Part shown: piece by piece, positions 27,554-36,569 of the stretch
How the letters are laid out: the number at the start of each line of letters is the position of its first letter
Position numbering within the stretch: position 1 is the stretch's first letter
Assembly (NCBI GenBank): GCA_004195635.1
Contig: PSPT01000003.1
Coordinates: 38,146-102,145 of the forward strand
Reading direction: 5' to 3'
Source: Methanobacteriota archaeon
GTDB taxonomy: Archaea > Thermoplasmatota > Poseidoniia > Poseidoniales > Poseidoniaceae
DNA length: 64,000 nt
Notes under the pieces: model-generated
The model's database searches: none
What the model saw: the letters and a program-made list of their open reading frames with translations, nothing else
Told to the model about the DNA's origin: nothing
Program-made: the position numbers and the translations under genes

Positions 27554-30238
27554 TCATCCGATTATTGCCATAAATTCTTTCTTACAGGCAGGGCATCTCG
27601 CCCTTGCCGGTCGCTTTTCAAGCGGGACTCGAAGTCTGGAATCACAAGAAGGACAGGATAAAATATCCTCAGTGCTAGATACCACTGAATCATTTTCGCC
27701 CTCATCATTATTTGTCGCAACTGGGCCTCTCCCTTTTGAATTGGGCAGTTCCTTTGAATCTACAGAATCAGCCTGACTGGTGGGTGATGGTGCCGGAGTA
27801 GTTTTAGTGGCCGGTGCTTCAACAAGTGCTGTGACAGGGAATTGATGTTTACATGCGGGGCATCTAGCAGTCCCGCCAAATGTTTCTGGAACTGAAAGAC
27901 GTTGTGAACATGCAGAGCATTCAACTTCACGGTTTTTCACTTTTTGTTTCCCCTCGCCCTTAGAAATCGATGAACTCGAAGAATGCCCTTTTGTTTGACG
28001 AGTAACTTTTAACTTACCTGTGGAAGAATCGGCATCACCTTCTTGCTTCCAAGTATATACGAGACGGGAGACAATTGCGATGACAATCGCTACTACCAGA
28101 CCAATTCCAATATCGAACCAGGGTATTTCAAAACTCGCTGAATCATCAACAAGCATGGAGCCTGAAAGATAACTTTGATCAGATGAAATAATTTCATTTC
28201 CAACTGCCCACATGCATGTCAAATCAACAACAGTTTTCCCTGGCCATGATTCAACTGTCAATTCTTGGCTCATTGTCGCTTCTTTGGCTATTGGTTCAGT
28301 TTCTATTTCTGCCAATAATACTCCATTGGAATTTTGCAGGCGTAACACTCCGGCTGAACTTGCAGCACCACCGTCATTTATCAAATTGCAAGTTACTACG
28401 GCAGAAGTGCCTTCATCTGGGCGAGGCGGAGATGGCATTTCATTGAGAGATAATGAAAGTTCAGGACGGGCTGAAGGTATTGTAGCAGTAGCAATATTAT
28501 CTCCGATATTTTGCCAGTTAATTGGGGATAGGCGAACAAAAACCTCGCCTTGAGACTGTAAATCTCCAACTTGAGAAGTAATTTGACGCATCCCACTTTC
28601 TAGATTCAAAGAGTAAGATTGCCGAATTTCTTCTGAACCATCTATTACGACTCCTAATTCCACACCGACTTCACGCGATTTCCCTGAGGATAATTGAATT
28701 GACCAGATAAAAGACACTCCATCGTCAACATCCCAAGCAACCGCTTCAATAGAATGACTAAGGCTTTGGGAAGGGCTGATGTCAAGGGTACGCACACCAC
28801 CTAATTCAGTTGAAACCAAACCATCAAGACTTTCCACATACCACGAAATGTTAGTACTTGAAGAATCGGCTAATACATATTCTACGAATAATTCTGCAGA
28901 TGCGCCTGCTTCAATACTGACTGGCTGCCCAACACCAGATGCTGAACTGCCAAAGACGAGGGCGGCTGAACCGGACTGATCTCCTGAATTATGGACGAGT
29001 ACAGAGACTCGAAGAAGGTCACCCACATGCCAAGGACCTCCTTGTAAAACTAGACCACCACCGCCGGCCATTCCGAATTCTGCTGCTTCCATGTCAAAGA
29101 AATAGGTCACTGAGGAAGTTGAAGAGGAGGAAATTCGCCCCCCATTTAGTAAACTACAGGATAAATTGCCTGGGCTCGCACTGACATTTAGTGAGTGCTG
29201 CCATACCTGCCCAACTTGGATGGATAGGGCTGAAGAAAAAACTTCGGTTTGATTTGTTGGCAAGGTGCAAACAATATCACCACTCCAATCATCTTCACCG
29301 CTATTGCTGGCATTAAGTAAGAAATTAGCGGCGGAGCCAATTTCAGCGGCGGCGGCATCATCACTACTTATTTCAATGGAAAGTAGAGGCAGTGGCGGCG
29401 GCGCAATAACAAGAGAATATGCGACATTATTGTCTGAACCATCTGTATCTCCACTTACATTAATACTAGCATTAAGGAAAATCATCCCCTCAAGAACCAC
29501 ACCAACTGGAACTTCAACTAGATAGGTAGAATCCGCAAGAATAGAAAAAGTAGAATTATTGTATACATTACTTCCTTCCCATGCTGAAAAGGAAACCGTT
29601 GCATTAACATCGCCGAGATTTACCACTGGAACCATTACTCGCAATTCATCACCATCGCGAACCGAGGCGCCGGTTTCCGAACCATTGGAATCAAAAGCAA
29701 TATCTGTCCACTGGTTTGAATCGGCAAGGCCTACAGAAAGAGGGCGCAAACGCATCACATAGAAATTTTCACTCACCGACCACCCAGTAGAGGGAGAAGA
29801 AGAAATATCTCCGGATAGAGTTAGATTAAGTGAATAAACTCCAACAGGAAGATTTGAAATTTCACGCGAAACAATAACGGCTGAATCATTCGTCAGATTG
29901 ATTACCTCATCAACTTCGAATACTGCAATGCCTTCTGGCGTCTGTAAACTGAGATTCAATACACCATCTGCTGAATCACCGCCAACCTCTGAAACAGTAA
30001 GGTTTACCCAAACGCTTCCAACTCCGACGTCACCATTGCCCTCAAGAGATACTGAGTTCAATTCAAAGGCTAAGCTGCCGGCGCCTGCTGCATTCACTAT
30101 AGGGGCTAATAAGGTAAAAACGAGAAGCCCCAAAATGAGTCCGACAAGCCTACCTCTACCGCCCACAAAACCACCTCCGCCTATGAGCCTCAAATGTGTT
30201 GCCCCATTTAGTAGGGTTTCGCTAACATTTATCCCCAC
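27554..30238 (-). CDS. Exported large surface protein with a single TM helix and a cytoplasmic tail carrying two zinc-ribbon motifs
   Basis: N-terminal hydrophobic signal/anchor, about 700-aa Ser/Gly/Val-rich ectodomain, TM helix IGIGLVVAIVIAIVSRLVY, then ECSACSQRLSV...CPACKHQF and CPSCDSRLRV...CPACKKEF (two Cx2C...Cx2C ribbons). Separated from the DtxR gene by 1 bp. Confidence 0.65.
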   Translation of the reverse strand: MGINVSETLLNGATHLRLIGGGGFVGGRGRLVGLILGLLVFTLLAPIVNAAGAGSLAFELNSVSLEGNGDVGVGSVWVNLTVSEVGGDSADGVLNLSLQTPEGIAVFEVDEVINLTNDSAVIVSREISNLPVGVYSLNLTLSGDISSSPSTGWSVSENFYVMRLRPLSVGLADSNQWTDIAFDSNGSETGASVRDGDELRVMVPVVNLGDVNATVSFSAWEGSNVYNNSTFSILADSTYLVEVPVGVVLEGMIFLNASINVSGDTDGSDNNVAYSLVIAPPPLPLLSIEISSDDAAAAEIGSAANFLLNASNSGEDDWSGDIVCTLPTNQTEVFSSALSIQVGQVWQHSLNVSASPGNLSCSLLNGGRISSSSTSSVTYFFDMEAAEFGMAGGGGLVLQGGPWHVGDLLRVSVLVHNSGDQSGSAALVFGSSASGVGQPVSIEAGASAELFVEYVLADSSSTNISWYVESLDGLVSTELGGVRTLDISPSQSLSHSIEAVAWDVDDGVSFIWSIQLSSGKSREVGVELGVVIDGSEEIRQSYSLNLESGMRQITSQVGDLQSQGEVFVRLSPINWQNIGDNIATATIPSARPELSLSLNEMPSPPRPDEGTSAVVTCNLINDGGAASSAGVLRLQNSNGVLLAEIETEPIAKEATMSQELTVESWPGKTVVDLTCMWAVGNEIISSDQSYLSGSMLVDDSASFEIPWFDIGIGLVVAIVIAIVSRLVYTWKQEGDADSSTGKLKVTRQTKGHSSSSSISKGEGKQKVKNREVECSACSQRLSVPETFGGTARCPACKHQFPVTALVEAPATKTTPAPSPTSQADSVDSKELPNSKGRGPVATNNDEGENDSVVSSTEDILSCPSCDSRLRVPLEKRPARARCPACKKEFMAIIG

Positions 30239-30264
30239 CCGTCCGGTCGCCGCAGCCGTTCCCC

Positions 30265-31080
30265 ATGGATGCAGAGACGCTTTTAAAAATCACGCCCGAG
30301 TTTTTGGCCAAGGCAATCATGCATAAACACGAGCGTTTAATTGAGGAATTGCCCCCAATTATTGCGGCCCGTCAAAATGAATTGGACACTTCTGAACCTT
30401 TGGCAAAACAGGCACGAAAACAACGAGACGAAATCAATGTAAAAGTTGCCAAACTAAAGACAGAAAGAAATGACTGCACCGCTAAAGCGAAGGTTCAAAG
30501 ACTATTGGCTAATGACCTAAGAGCGACCTTAGAAAGTGAAGGGAAATTGAAGAATCCAGACCCAAAATGGGCTCGTGAAAAGTTAAATGATGACATAATT
30601 AATTTGGAAAATGAATTGCAAACTCAAGCAGGTGACCACAAGAGTGAACAGAAGGTTTTGCGCAAAATTCGCAACCTCCAAGCGGAGCACGGCGTGTGGG
30701 TAGCCAGTAGAGTGGCAAATAATCCTGAAATGAAGGATTTCGCCGATGCCAGTGAGAGTATGAAGCGACTTTACGACCAAGCCGATAAGGCACATCAAGC
30801 AATGCTTGAATTGGTAGAGGAAAATGAGCAACAACATGAATTTTATTCCATGCACGAGGAGGCGCGAAGAGGTGCAAATAGCCAACTACAACGCACCGAG
30901 GCTGCCTTAAAGACCTCCACAATCGCAATCAATAATTGGCAAGGACGTCTTGAAAAGGGATTTGTAAATTTGCTCAAAGATGCTGAGCAAGTAAAAGCCG
31001 GTGGAAATTCAACCATCGCAATTCGCAGAAAGGCAAAACTTGCCGCTGAAGCAGCGGTTGAAGTACAGGAGGAGGAGTAA
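30265..31080 (+). CDS. Coiled-coil protein (COG1340-like paralogue)
   Basis: About 270 aa of charged heptad helices, similar in architecture to 34377-35252 and 23913-25010. Confidence 0.55.
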   Translation: MDAETLLKITPEFLAKAIMHKHERLIEELPPIIAARQNELDTSEPLAKQARKQRDEINVKVAKLKTERNDCTAKAKVQRLLANDLRATLESEGKLKNPDPKWAREKLNDDIINLENELQTQAGDHKSEQKVLRKIRNLQAEHGVWVASRVANNPEMKDFADASESMKRLYDQADKAHQAMLELVEENEQQHEFYSMHEEARRGANSQLQRTEAALKTSTIAINNWQGRLEKGFVNLLKDAEQVKAGGNSTIAIRRKAKLAAEAAVEVQEEE

Positions 31081-31082
31081 TC

Positions 31083-32348
31083 ATGTCTGATGAAGAATCT
31101 CAACCTGAAGAAATACCCACTCAAACCGAGGCTGAAGTCCAAGAGGCAACAGATGTACCCGCTGTACCACAAGACACCTCTACAACCGAAGAAAACTCTG
31201 CATCCGAGTCATCCTCCGAAGTGGTTATTACCGCTGCGGAAGAATCCTCTGAAGCAAACGACGACGATTCTAGCAAACAAGCCGAAGGGAAATCGAAGCA
31301 GGCTGCAAAATCTGCAAAGAAAGAGGCAGGAAAGGACAAAAAGAAACCTCGCAAGGACTTATTCAAGGACCTTAGAGACCGCCCCAAGCATGAAATTGAA
31401 GAAGAATTGAAAGTGCTACGCCGCCGTCAATCCGTGGCAAAGGCTGAATTTGAATCGTTAAGTAATGAACGGCAACGCCAGATTAGCATCGTTCAAGCAA
31501 TTCGCGGTGCGATTGCCGAAACCAAGGGCATCAGATCAGAACACAAAGGGATAATTGGCACAATAGGCGGGCGTGAAAAGGATATTCGTGAACTTAGAAG
31601 CACAAGGGATTCCATTAATGCAAAAGTCGTATTACCACTTCAAAATATTGAGGAAGAATTACTTAGAACCTATGAGAACCTGACCGCAGAAATGAAAAAT
31701 ATGCGCTACCCCGGAGTTAAGCAAGAAGAAAAATTATTTTCCTTTTTCTTTGAACTTCAAGAAATGCACAAACTCGCAACTATATCAAATGACTCTCACC
31801 AAATGATGATTACAGAAATCACCGACCAACGAACTGCAATTGCAAACCTGCGCCTAAAAGAAGCCGAACACGATGATGTTGTAGGTAAATTGTCTGATGA
31901 AAAGCCAGGGATGAAGGGTGTGAAAGCAACACCTTGGGAAGAAAAGGCATACAATAGGCAGATAATGAAATTACTCGACGAGATAAAAAATAAGCGCAAG
32001 GAAGTTCACGGAATTAATCGCGAAGTTGGGCGCTTAGATGCTTTCATTCGAGTTGACCGCAAAAAATCGCAACAATCCGGCGGCCGAGGTGGAAATTCAT
32101 ACAAAGGACGCCAGCACAAAGGGCCAAACGTAAGTGAAATTCGGCGCAAGGCAGCATCTGGCGAATCAATGTCGCTAGCTGATCTTGGTGCATTGATGAG
32201 TTCTGGTGGTCTTTCAACAATCAAACCAGAGCACTCAAAGGATACCCGCCGTTCAAAGAAAAAATCACTAGCACAAAAGAAAATTGGGGCATCACGAGGT
32301 TCGCGTAGTAGCCGTAAGCCAAGTGCTGATGCAAAGCGTAAACGCTGA
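31083..32348 (+). CDS. Coiled-coil protein with acidic low-complexity N-terminus and Lys/Arg/Ser-rich (RGG-like) C-terminal tail
   Basis: Begins 3 bp after the previous stop. The N-terminal 70 aa are E/S/T/A-rich. The C-terminus is ...SGGRGGNSYKGRQHKG...RRSKKKSLAQKKIGASRGSRSSRKPSADAKRKR. Confidence 0.55.
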   Translation: MSDEESQPEEIPTQTEAEVQEATDVPAVPQDTSTTEENSASESSSEVVITAAEESSEANDDDSSKQAEGKSKQAAKSAKKEAGKDKKKPRKDLFKDLRDRPKHEIEEELKVLRRRQSVAKAEFESLSNERQRQISIVQAIRGAIAETKGIRSEHKGIIGTIGGREKDIRELRSTRDSINAKVVLPLQNIEEELLRTYENLTAEMKNMRYPGVKQEEKLFSFFFELQEMHKLATISNDSHQMMITEITDQRTAIANLRLKEAEHDDVVGKLSDEKPGMKGVKATPWEEKAYNRQIMKLLDEIKNKRKEVHGINREVGRLDAFIRVDRKKSQQSGGRGGNSYKGRQHKGPNVSEIRRKAASGESMSLADLGALMSSGGLSTIKPEHSKDTRRSKKKSLAQKKIGASRGSRSSRKPSADAKRKR

Positions 32349-32379
32349 TTCAATACTTCGCCGCAATACCACAGCGCAT

Positions 32380-32394
32380 TTTTCCTTCGGAAAA
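32380..32394 (+). terminator. Perfect hairpin TTTTCC-TTCG-GGAAAA (UUCG tetraloop) embedded in a T-run 30 nt after the stop of the coiled-coil gene
   Basis: Seen directly in the sequence: gcgcatttttccttcggaaaatg. Archaeal termination typically uses oligo-T, which is present. Confidence 0.3.
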
Positions 32395-32490
32395 TGAGGG
32401 CGCCGCTAATCTCTCACCCTACCTATTGCATCCAACCCTATGTGAGAAGGGAGAGGCGTTGGTTTCTTCACCCACTACACCCTCCGGCAT

Positions 32491-32955
32491 TTGATGGAGG
32501 AATATTCATGGGTGCCATCTCCTCCAACGAGTGACTTGACTCATGGACAATTACTTGCAATTCGTGATTTGTTAGTAGCAGAAACTGACGAGTACTATGC
32601 CCTTGCAGCGCTATATTCACTCCCTATTAGTTCCGCTGCAGGAAGTCTAATTCTAATTGATTCAAAGGAAAATATCAAGGGTATTTTGTGGTCAATGATT
32701 ATTGATGAAAATACAGTACGGATTCTTGCCTTTTGCATCAATAGCGACTTGCAAAATATTGGATTGGGAACACAGGCTTGGAATGAGTTTGCCATTTTAG
32801 TTAAATCCAAGGGTAAATCAACTGTATATTTAGAAGTAAAGGCAGAAAATGAAGGTGCAATTAATTTCTATAGAAAGGTTGGCTTAAATGAAATTGCAAT
32901 TCTATCAAAATACTATCATAGCAGCATTGGAATCATCATGCAGGGCAATCTCTAA
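32491..32955 (+). CDS. GNAT-family N-acetyltransferase (RimI-like)
   Basis: Acetyl-CoA-binding motif A region QNIGLGTQAWNEF... and motif B ...NEGAINFYRKVGL. About 150 aa. Confidence 0.75.
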   Translation: MMEEYSWVPSPPTSDLTHGQLLAIRDLLVAETDEYYALAALYSLPISSAAGSLILIDSKENIKGILWSMIIDENTVRILAFCINSDLQNIGLGTQAWNEFAILVKSKGKSTVYLEVKAENEGAINFYRKVGLNEIAILSKYYHSSIGIIMQGNL

Positions 32956-33004
32956 GCAGCCGAATATTCAGAAACCAAGGGCAATAAATATGGAGTAATC
33001 ACTC

Positions 33005-33385
33005 GTGGAATGCCTGATGCTGAAGTCCCTCCTTGCAGATATCGTCGCACAAGACGATGTTTATGGTGCAGCAATTATTGACCAATCGGGCTTTGCAATT
33101 GAAGCAAATCCCCAGGGACCAGGGCTTGAAAAGATGGCGGCGAATGTCACAATGTTACTCATTGAAACCCAAAGACTCAATGCACAGAATTCACATACCG
33201 AAACTGATGCAAAGCAAAATGAAAATCAGACCACCCTTACTCTTCTTGCAGAACGAGGAAATATTCTCCTCTTTCCTTTAGCCAACAACTGTAATTTGCT
33301 AATCCATACCTCGCATGGAACTAATTTGGGAAAAATTCGTAACCATGCACAAAAACTGAGCCCACGAATATCGGCACTTCTCTAG
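33005..33385 (+). CDS. Roadblock/LC7 (MglB-like) domain protein
   Basis: LLADIVAQDDVYGAAIIDQSGFAIEANPQGPGLEKMAANVTMLLIET fits the Roadblock/LC7 pattern: a hydrophobic G[AS]xhhDxdGhhI stretch followed by the ...MAA...L helix. About 120 aa. Confidence 0.6.
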   Translation: MECLMLKSLLADIVAQDDVYGAAIIDQSGFAIEANPQGPGLEKMAANVTMLLIETQRLNAQNSHTETDAKQNENQTTLTLLAERGNILLFPLANNCNLLIHTSHGTNLGKIRNHAQKLSPRISALL

Positions 33386-33474
33386 CGTTCTACTGCCAGC
33401 CTTCAATCTATCAATCATTATGCTTTGCTTGCAAATACTCCCTGCATTTGGCAGGAATGAAAATATACATTATA

Positions 33475-34185
33475 TTAGTCAAATAATGGACCCAATATTA
33501 TTGGCCCATGTGGCCCAACATCAAGCGCTTGCTTTTCCATTGAATGGCGGACATGGCGCAGTTTTTCCACCTGCATTGTTCGAACGATTTGTCCATTTCT
33601 GCGGTCAACTCCCATCTTGATAATTCCATCTGCCAAGAAACCTTCATTCCCTTGCAATTCAGCATATTCGCCATATTGGCGCTCGGTCAATATTATCACA
33701 TTTAGTTTCTGTTGGCGCAAAAAGTCAAAGAACTCAAACATCTTATTTCGCATGCTGTCATTAACAGTTGTTAAACTGTATATTGCACCAAGTGAATCCA
33801 AGACAAAGGTTGTAAATCTCTCACCATGTTGTTGCTTAAAATGTTCGATCATTCTGCGGGTGAACTTTAGATAATCCATGCCTGCATTTTCACGACGTAA
33901 TTCCGTGAAATCAGTGATTTGAAGGTTGTGAGGTGGATGTATCCCCAATGACTCCGCACCTCGCAATAAAGATTCAACAGTTTCTTCAATCGTACAATAC
34001 AATCCAAACTCGCCTGTGCGCGACAAATGATTACTCATTACGGTAAGAGCAAATCCTGTTTTCATCGAACCCGGCGGGCCAGTCACCAATGTGACATATG
34101 GTGCACGAATATCTCCAGTCATCACTCGGTCCATTCCTTCAATCCCATTTAGCAACATATGAACGATACCTCCCACCCACATCAA
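33475..34185 (-). CDS. Single-domain KaiC/RadA-like RecA-superfamily ATPase
   Basis: Walker A GPPGSMKTGFA, Walker B-like hhhhDS (FVLDSLGA). Length about 236 aa, typical of archaeal KaiC-like signalling ATPases. Confidence 0.75.
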   Translation of the reverse strand: MMWVGGIVHMLLNGIEGMDRVMTGDIRAPYVTLVTGPPGSMKTGFALTVMSNHLSRTGEFGLYCTIEETVESLLRGAESLGIHPPHNLQITDFTELRRENAGMDYLKFTRRMIEHFKQQHGERFTTFVLDSLGAIYSLTTVNDSMRNKMFEFFDFLRQQKLNVIILTERQYGEYAELQGNEGFLADGIIKMGVDRRNGQIVRTMQVEKLRHVRHSMEKQALDVGPHGPIILGPLFD

Positions 34186-34376
34186 TCGCTTAACTATTGG
34201 CCTTATACAATTGCAATTATTTCATTATTACAATATTATTATTTTGCGGCAATTGTTGAAAAATAATATGTTTATGGGTGCAAAGAAATGAAATCAAAGC
34301 CGCATGGATTAAAGAGGGGGGTCGGGTCGGCAGAATGGCCGAGATAGAGATATCTCGCCCGCGGAGTTGATGCAAT

Positions 34377-35252
34377 ATGGCAACATTGAAGGATATTCTT
34401 GATGAACCACGAAAATTAGTTGATAAAAAAGCAACTGAATTCCGCAACATCCGCGATGAATGGAATGCGAAAACTAAAGAACACCTCATCAAGAGAAATA
34501 CCCTAAATGGTGAGGTCCGTGAACTCATTGAAAATGTAAAGCAACAACGTGAAATTCGGGAGAGAATGAACGAGGAAGTCCGCGCCCGGAAGTCAGAACG
34601 AAATGTTATTGACAAGAAAATTAGAGAAATGAAGGACTCAATGGATACTGGAAAGGATGAAACTAAGAAAAAGGAGGGCCCTCGCGACAAGAAAGGACGC
34701 CCAATCACAATCCATACTCTTCGCCGAGAATCTGAACGTCTTGACAGAGAATTCGGAATGGGCTTCCATACGGGGAAAAATGAGAAAAAGGTAATGAAGC
34801 GAATGAAGGAAATTCGCCAACAAATCAAAACCATGGAAAAAACTCAAGCCGCAGCAGAAGGTACTGACGAAATGAAGGAAGCGCTTAGTGTAATCAATGC
34901 AGAACAAGACGTTGCCCACAATCTAGTCCGCGAAGCAGCATCACAAGCACAACAAGCACACGACCTAATGATCGAGTGGAATGAGCAAGTTGATGCACGA
35001 CGTGAACTCGCTGAAAGCGCACATCGTAAACTTCGTCGTTCAAAGAAGGAAGCAGATGTCACCCATCACTCATACATACTCTCCTTGAGGTGTTTACATA
35101 GCATTCTAAACATGTCACGGGCAATGAGGGAACGGGAGAGAGGAACGGCCCCAACCATGACTGCCAAAGAAGGAACAACTGATTTGATGCAAAAGTTAAT
35201 GTCAGGACAGACACTTTCTACCGACGAACTTCTGTCATTACAGAAATTCTAA
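34377..35252 (+). CDS. Coiled-coil protein (COG1340-like paralogue)
   Basis: Charged heptad helices with a KKKEGPRDKKGRP basic insert. Similar architecture to 30265-31080. Confidence 0.55.
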   Translation: MATLKDILDEPRKLVDKKATEFRNIRDEWNAKTKEHLIKRNTLNGEVRELIENVKQQREIRERMNEEVRARKSERNVIDKKIREMKDSMDTGKDETKKKEGPRDKKGRPITIHTLRRESERLDREFGMGFHTGKNEKKVMKRMKEIRQQIKTMEKTQAAAEGTDEMKEALSVINAEQDVAHNLVREAASQAQQAHDLMIEWNEQVDARRELAESAHRKLRRSKKEADVTHHSYILSLRCLHSILNMSRAMRERERGTAPTMTAKEGTTDLMQKLMSGQTLSTDELLSLQKF

Positions 35253-35286
35253 GATGGGTGAAGTCTTTTAGCCGACTTGAATACCA

Positions 35287-36459
35287 ATGGATGGGAGAGA
35301 CATGCTCAACCAAGATGACATAGCTGCAATCGTAGAGGACTACGACCGCATGAAACTCCGCATCGGTATGACTGCAAGTCATTCTGCACTGGATATTTGT
35401 GACGGTAGCATTGAGGAAGGTTTCCAAACTGTAGCCTATTGCCAAAAAGGCCGAGAAAAAACATACTCACAATATTTTAGAACCCAAAGAACCGCAAGCG
35501 GGAGAGTAAAGAGAGGCATGGTTGACAAGGCAATCGTATTAGATAATTTCTCAGATGTACTTTTTCCTGAATTCCAACAGGGTATGCGCGACCGTAATAT
35601 CATTTACATCCCAAACCGTTCATTCACCTCTTACTGTGGGATTTCTGAAATTGAAAACAACTTCCGTGTCCCAATGTTTGGCAGCAGAAATATGCTACGA
35701 ATGGAAGAACGAACCGAAGAGCAGGATTATTATTGGATTCTAGATAAAGCAGGATTACCATACCCTGAGGCAATCGCAGACCCACAAGACATTGACTGTT
35801 TGGTAATCGTGAAACTTCATCATGCTGAGAAAAAACTTGAGAGGGGATTCTTTACCTGTGCATCCTATGAGGAGTACATGGAGAAATCGCAAATCCTAAT
35901 TAATTCTGGAGTTATAGATGAAGCAAGTCTTGCAGGGGCTCGTATTGAGCGTTATGTAATTGGCCCTGTTTTCAATCTAAACTTCTTCTACTCACCTCTA
36001 GAGGAAGAAATGCCAAAACTTGAGTTGCTAGGTGTTGATTGGCGTTTTGAGAGTAGTCTTGATGGGCATGTTCGCTTGCCTGCGCCTCAACAAATGACCA
36101 TGCCTGCCGACCAAGCAATTCCAGAAATGACTGTAGTTGGACACAATTCTGCTACAATTCGTGAAAGCCTATTGGAAGAGGCGTTCTCGCTTGGTGAAAA
36201 ATTCATTGAAGCAAGTAAAGAGCATTATGACCCTGGGATCATTGGACCATTCTGCTTACAAACCTGTATTGACAAAGATATGAATTATTCGATATATGAT
36301 GTTGCTCCGAGATTGGGTGGCGGCACAAATGTTCACGTTAGTGTTGGCCATCCATACGGCAATGCCACATGGAGACAAACAATGAGTAGTGGGAGGAGAA
36401 TTGCTCTTGAATTGAGAAGAGCTGCAGAGCAAGATAGGCTCCTTGAAGTGCTTACTTAG
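35287..36459 (+). CDS. purP: 5-formaminoimidazole-4-carboxamide ribonucleotide (FAICAR) synthetase PurP (archaeal ATP-grasp enzyme)
   Basis: The N-terminus MTASHSALDICDGSIEEGFQTVAYCQKGREKTY matches the PurP signature IATLGSHSALQIL.GAK.EGF.T...C.KGREK.Y. ATP-grasp length about 360-390 aa. Confidence 0.85.
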   Translation: MDGRDMLNQDDIAAIVEDYDRMKLRIGMTASHSALDICDGSIEEGFQTVAYCQKGREKTYSQYFRTQRTASGRVKRGMVDKAIVLDNFSDVLFPEFQQGMRDRNIIYIPNRSFTSYCGISEIENNFRVPMFGSRNMLRMEERTEEQDYYWILDKAGLPYPEAIADPQDIDCLVIVKLHHAEKKLERGFFTCASYEEYMEKSQILINSGVIDEASLAGARIERYVIGPVFNLNFFYSPLEEEMPKLELLGVDWRFESSLDGHVRLPAPQQMTMPADQAIPEMTVVGHNSATIRESLLEEAFSLGEKFIEASKEHYDPGIIGPFCLQTCIDKDMNYSIYDVAPRLGGGTNVHVSVGHPYGNATWRQTMSSGRRIALELRRAAEQDRLLEVLT

Positions 36460-36569
36460 TCACCTTTCTCAGCACATCCATTGAAACAAGAGAAAAATTA
36501 TTGGGCTTAAAAGCGCCGCAGTTAAGTGCTATTTCACCCAGTGGATGAAATAGTTTCAAATTGTTGAGA

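Noticed and set aside
32349-32490. Possible small ncRNA or riboswitch in the 140-bp spacer before the GNAT gene
   Set aside because: Only a short UUCG hairpin plus an imperfect CTCTCACC/GGAGAG pairing was seen, with no recognisable conserved RNA family core. Kept only as a low-confidence terminator.
33617-33874. 85-aa plus-strand ORF
   Set aside because: Antisense to the KaiC-like ATPase gene and hydrophobic low complexity. It is a shadow ORF.
34217-34834. 205-aa minus-strand ORF
   Set aside because: Antisense to the coiled-coil gene 34377-35252. The product is Ser/Arg/Phe-rich low complexity, typical of the reverse frame of an AAG/GAA-rich gene.
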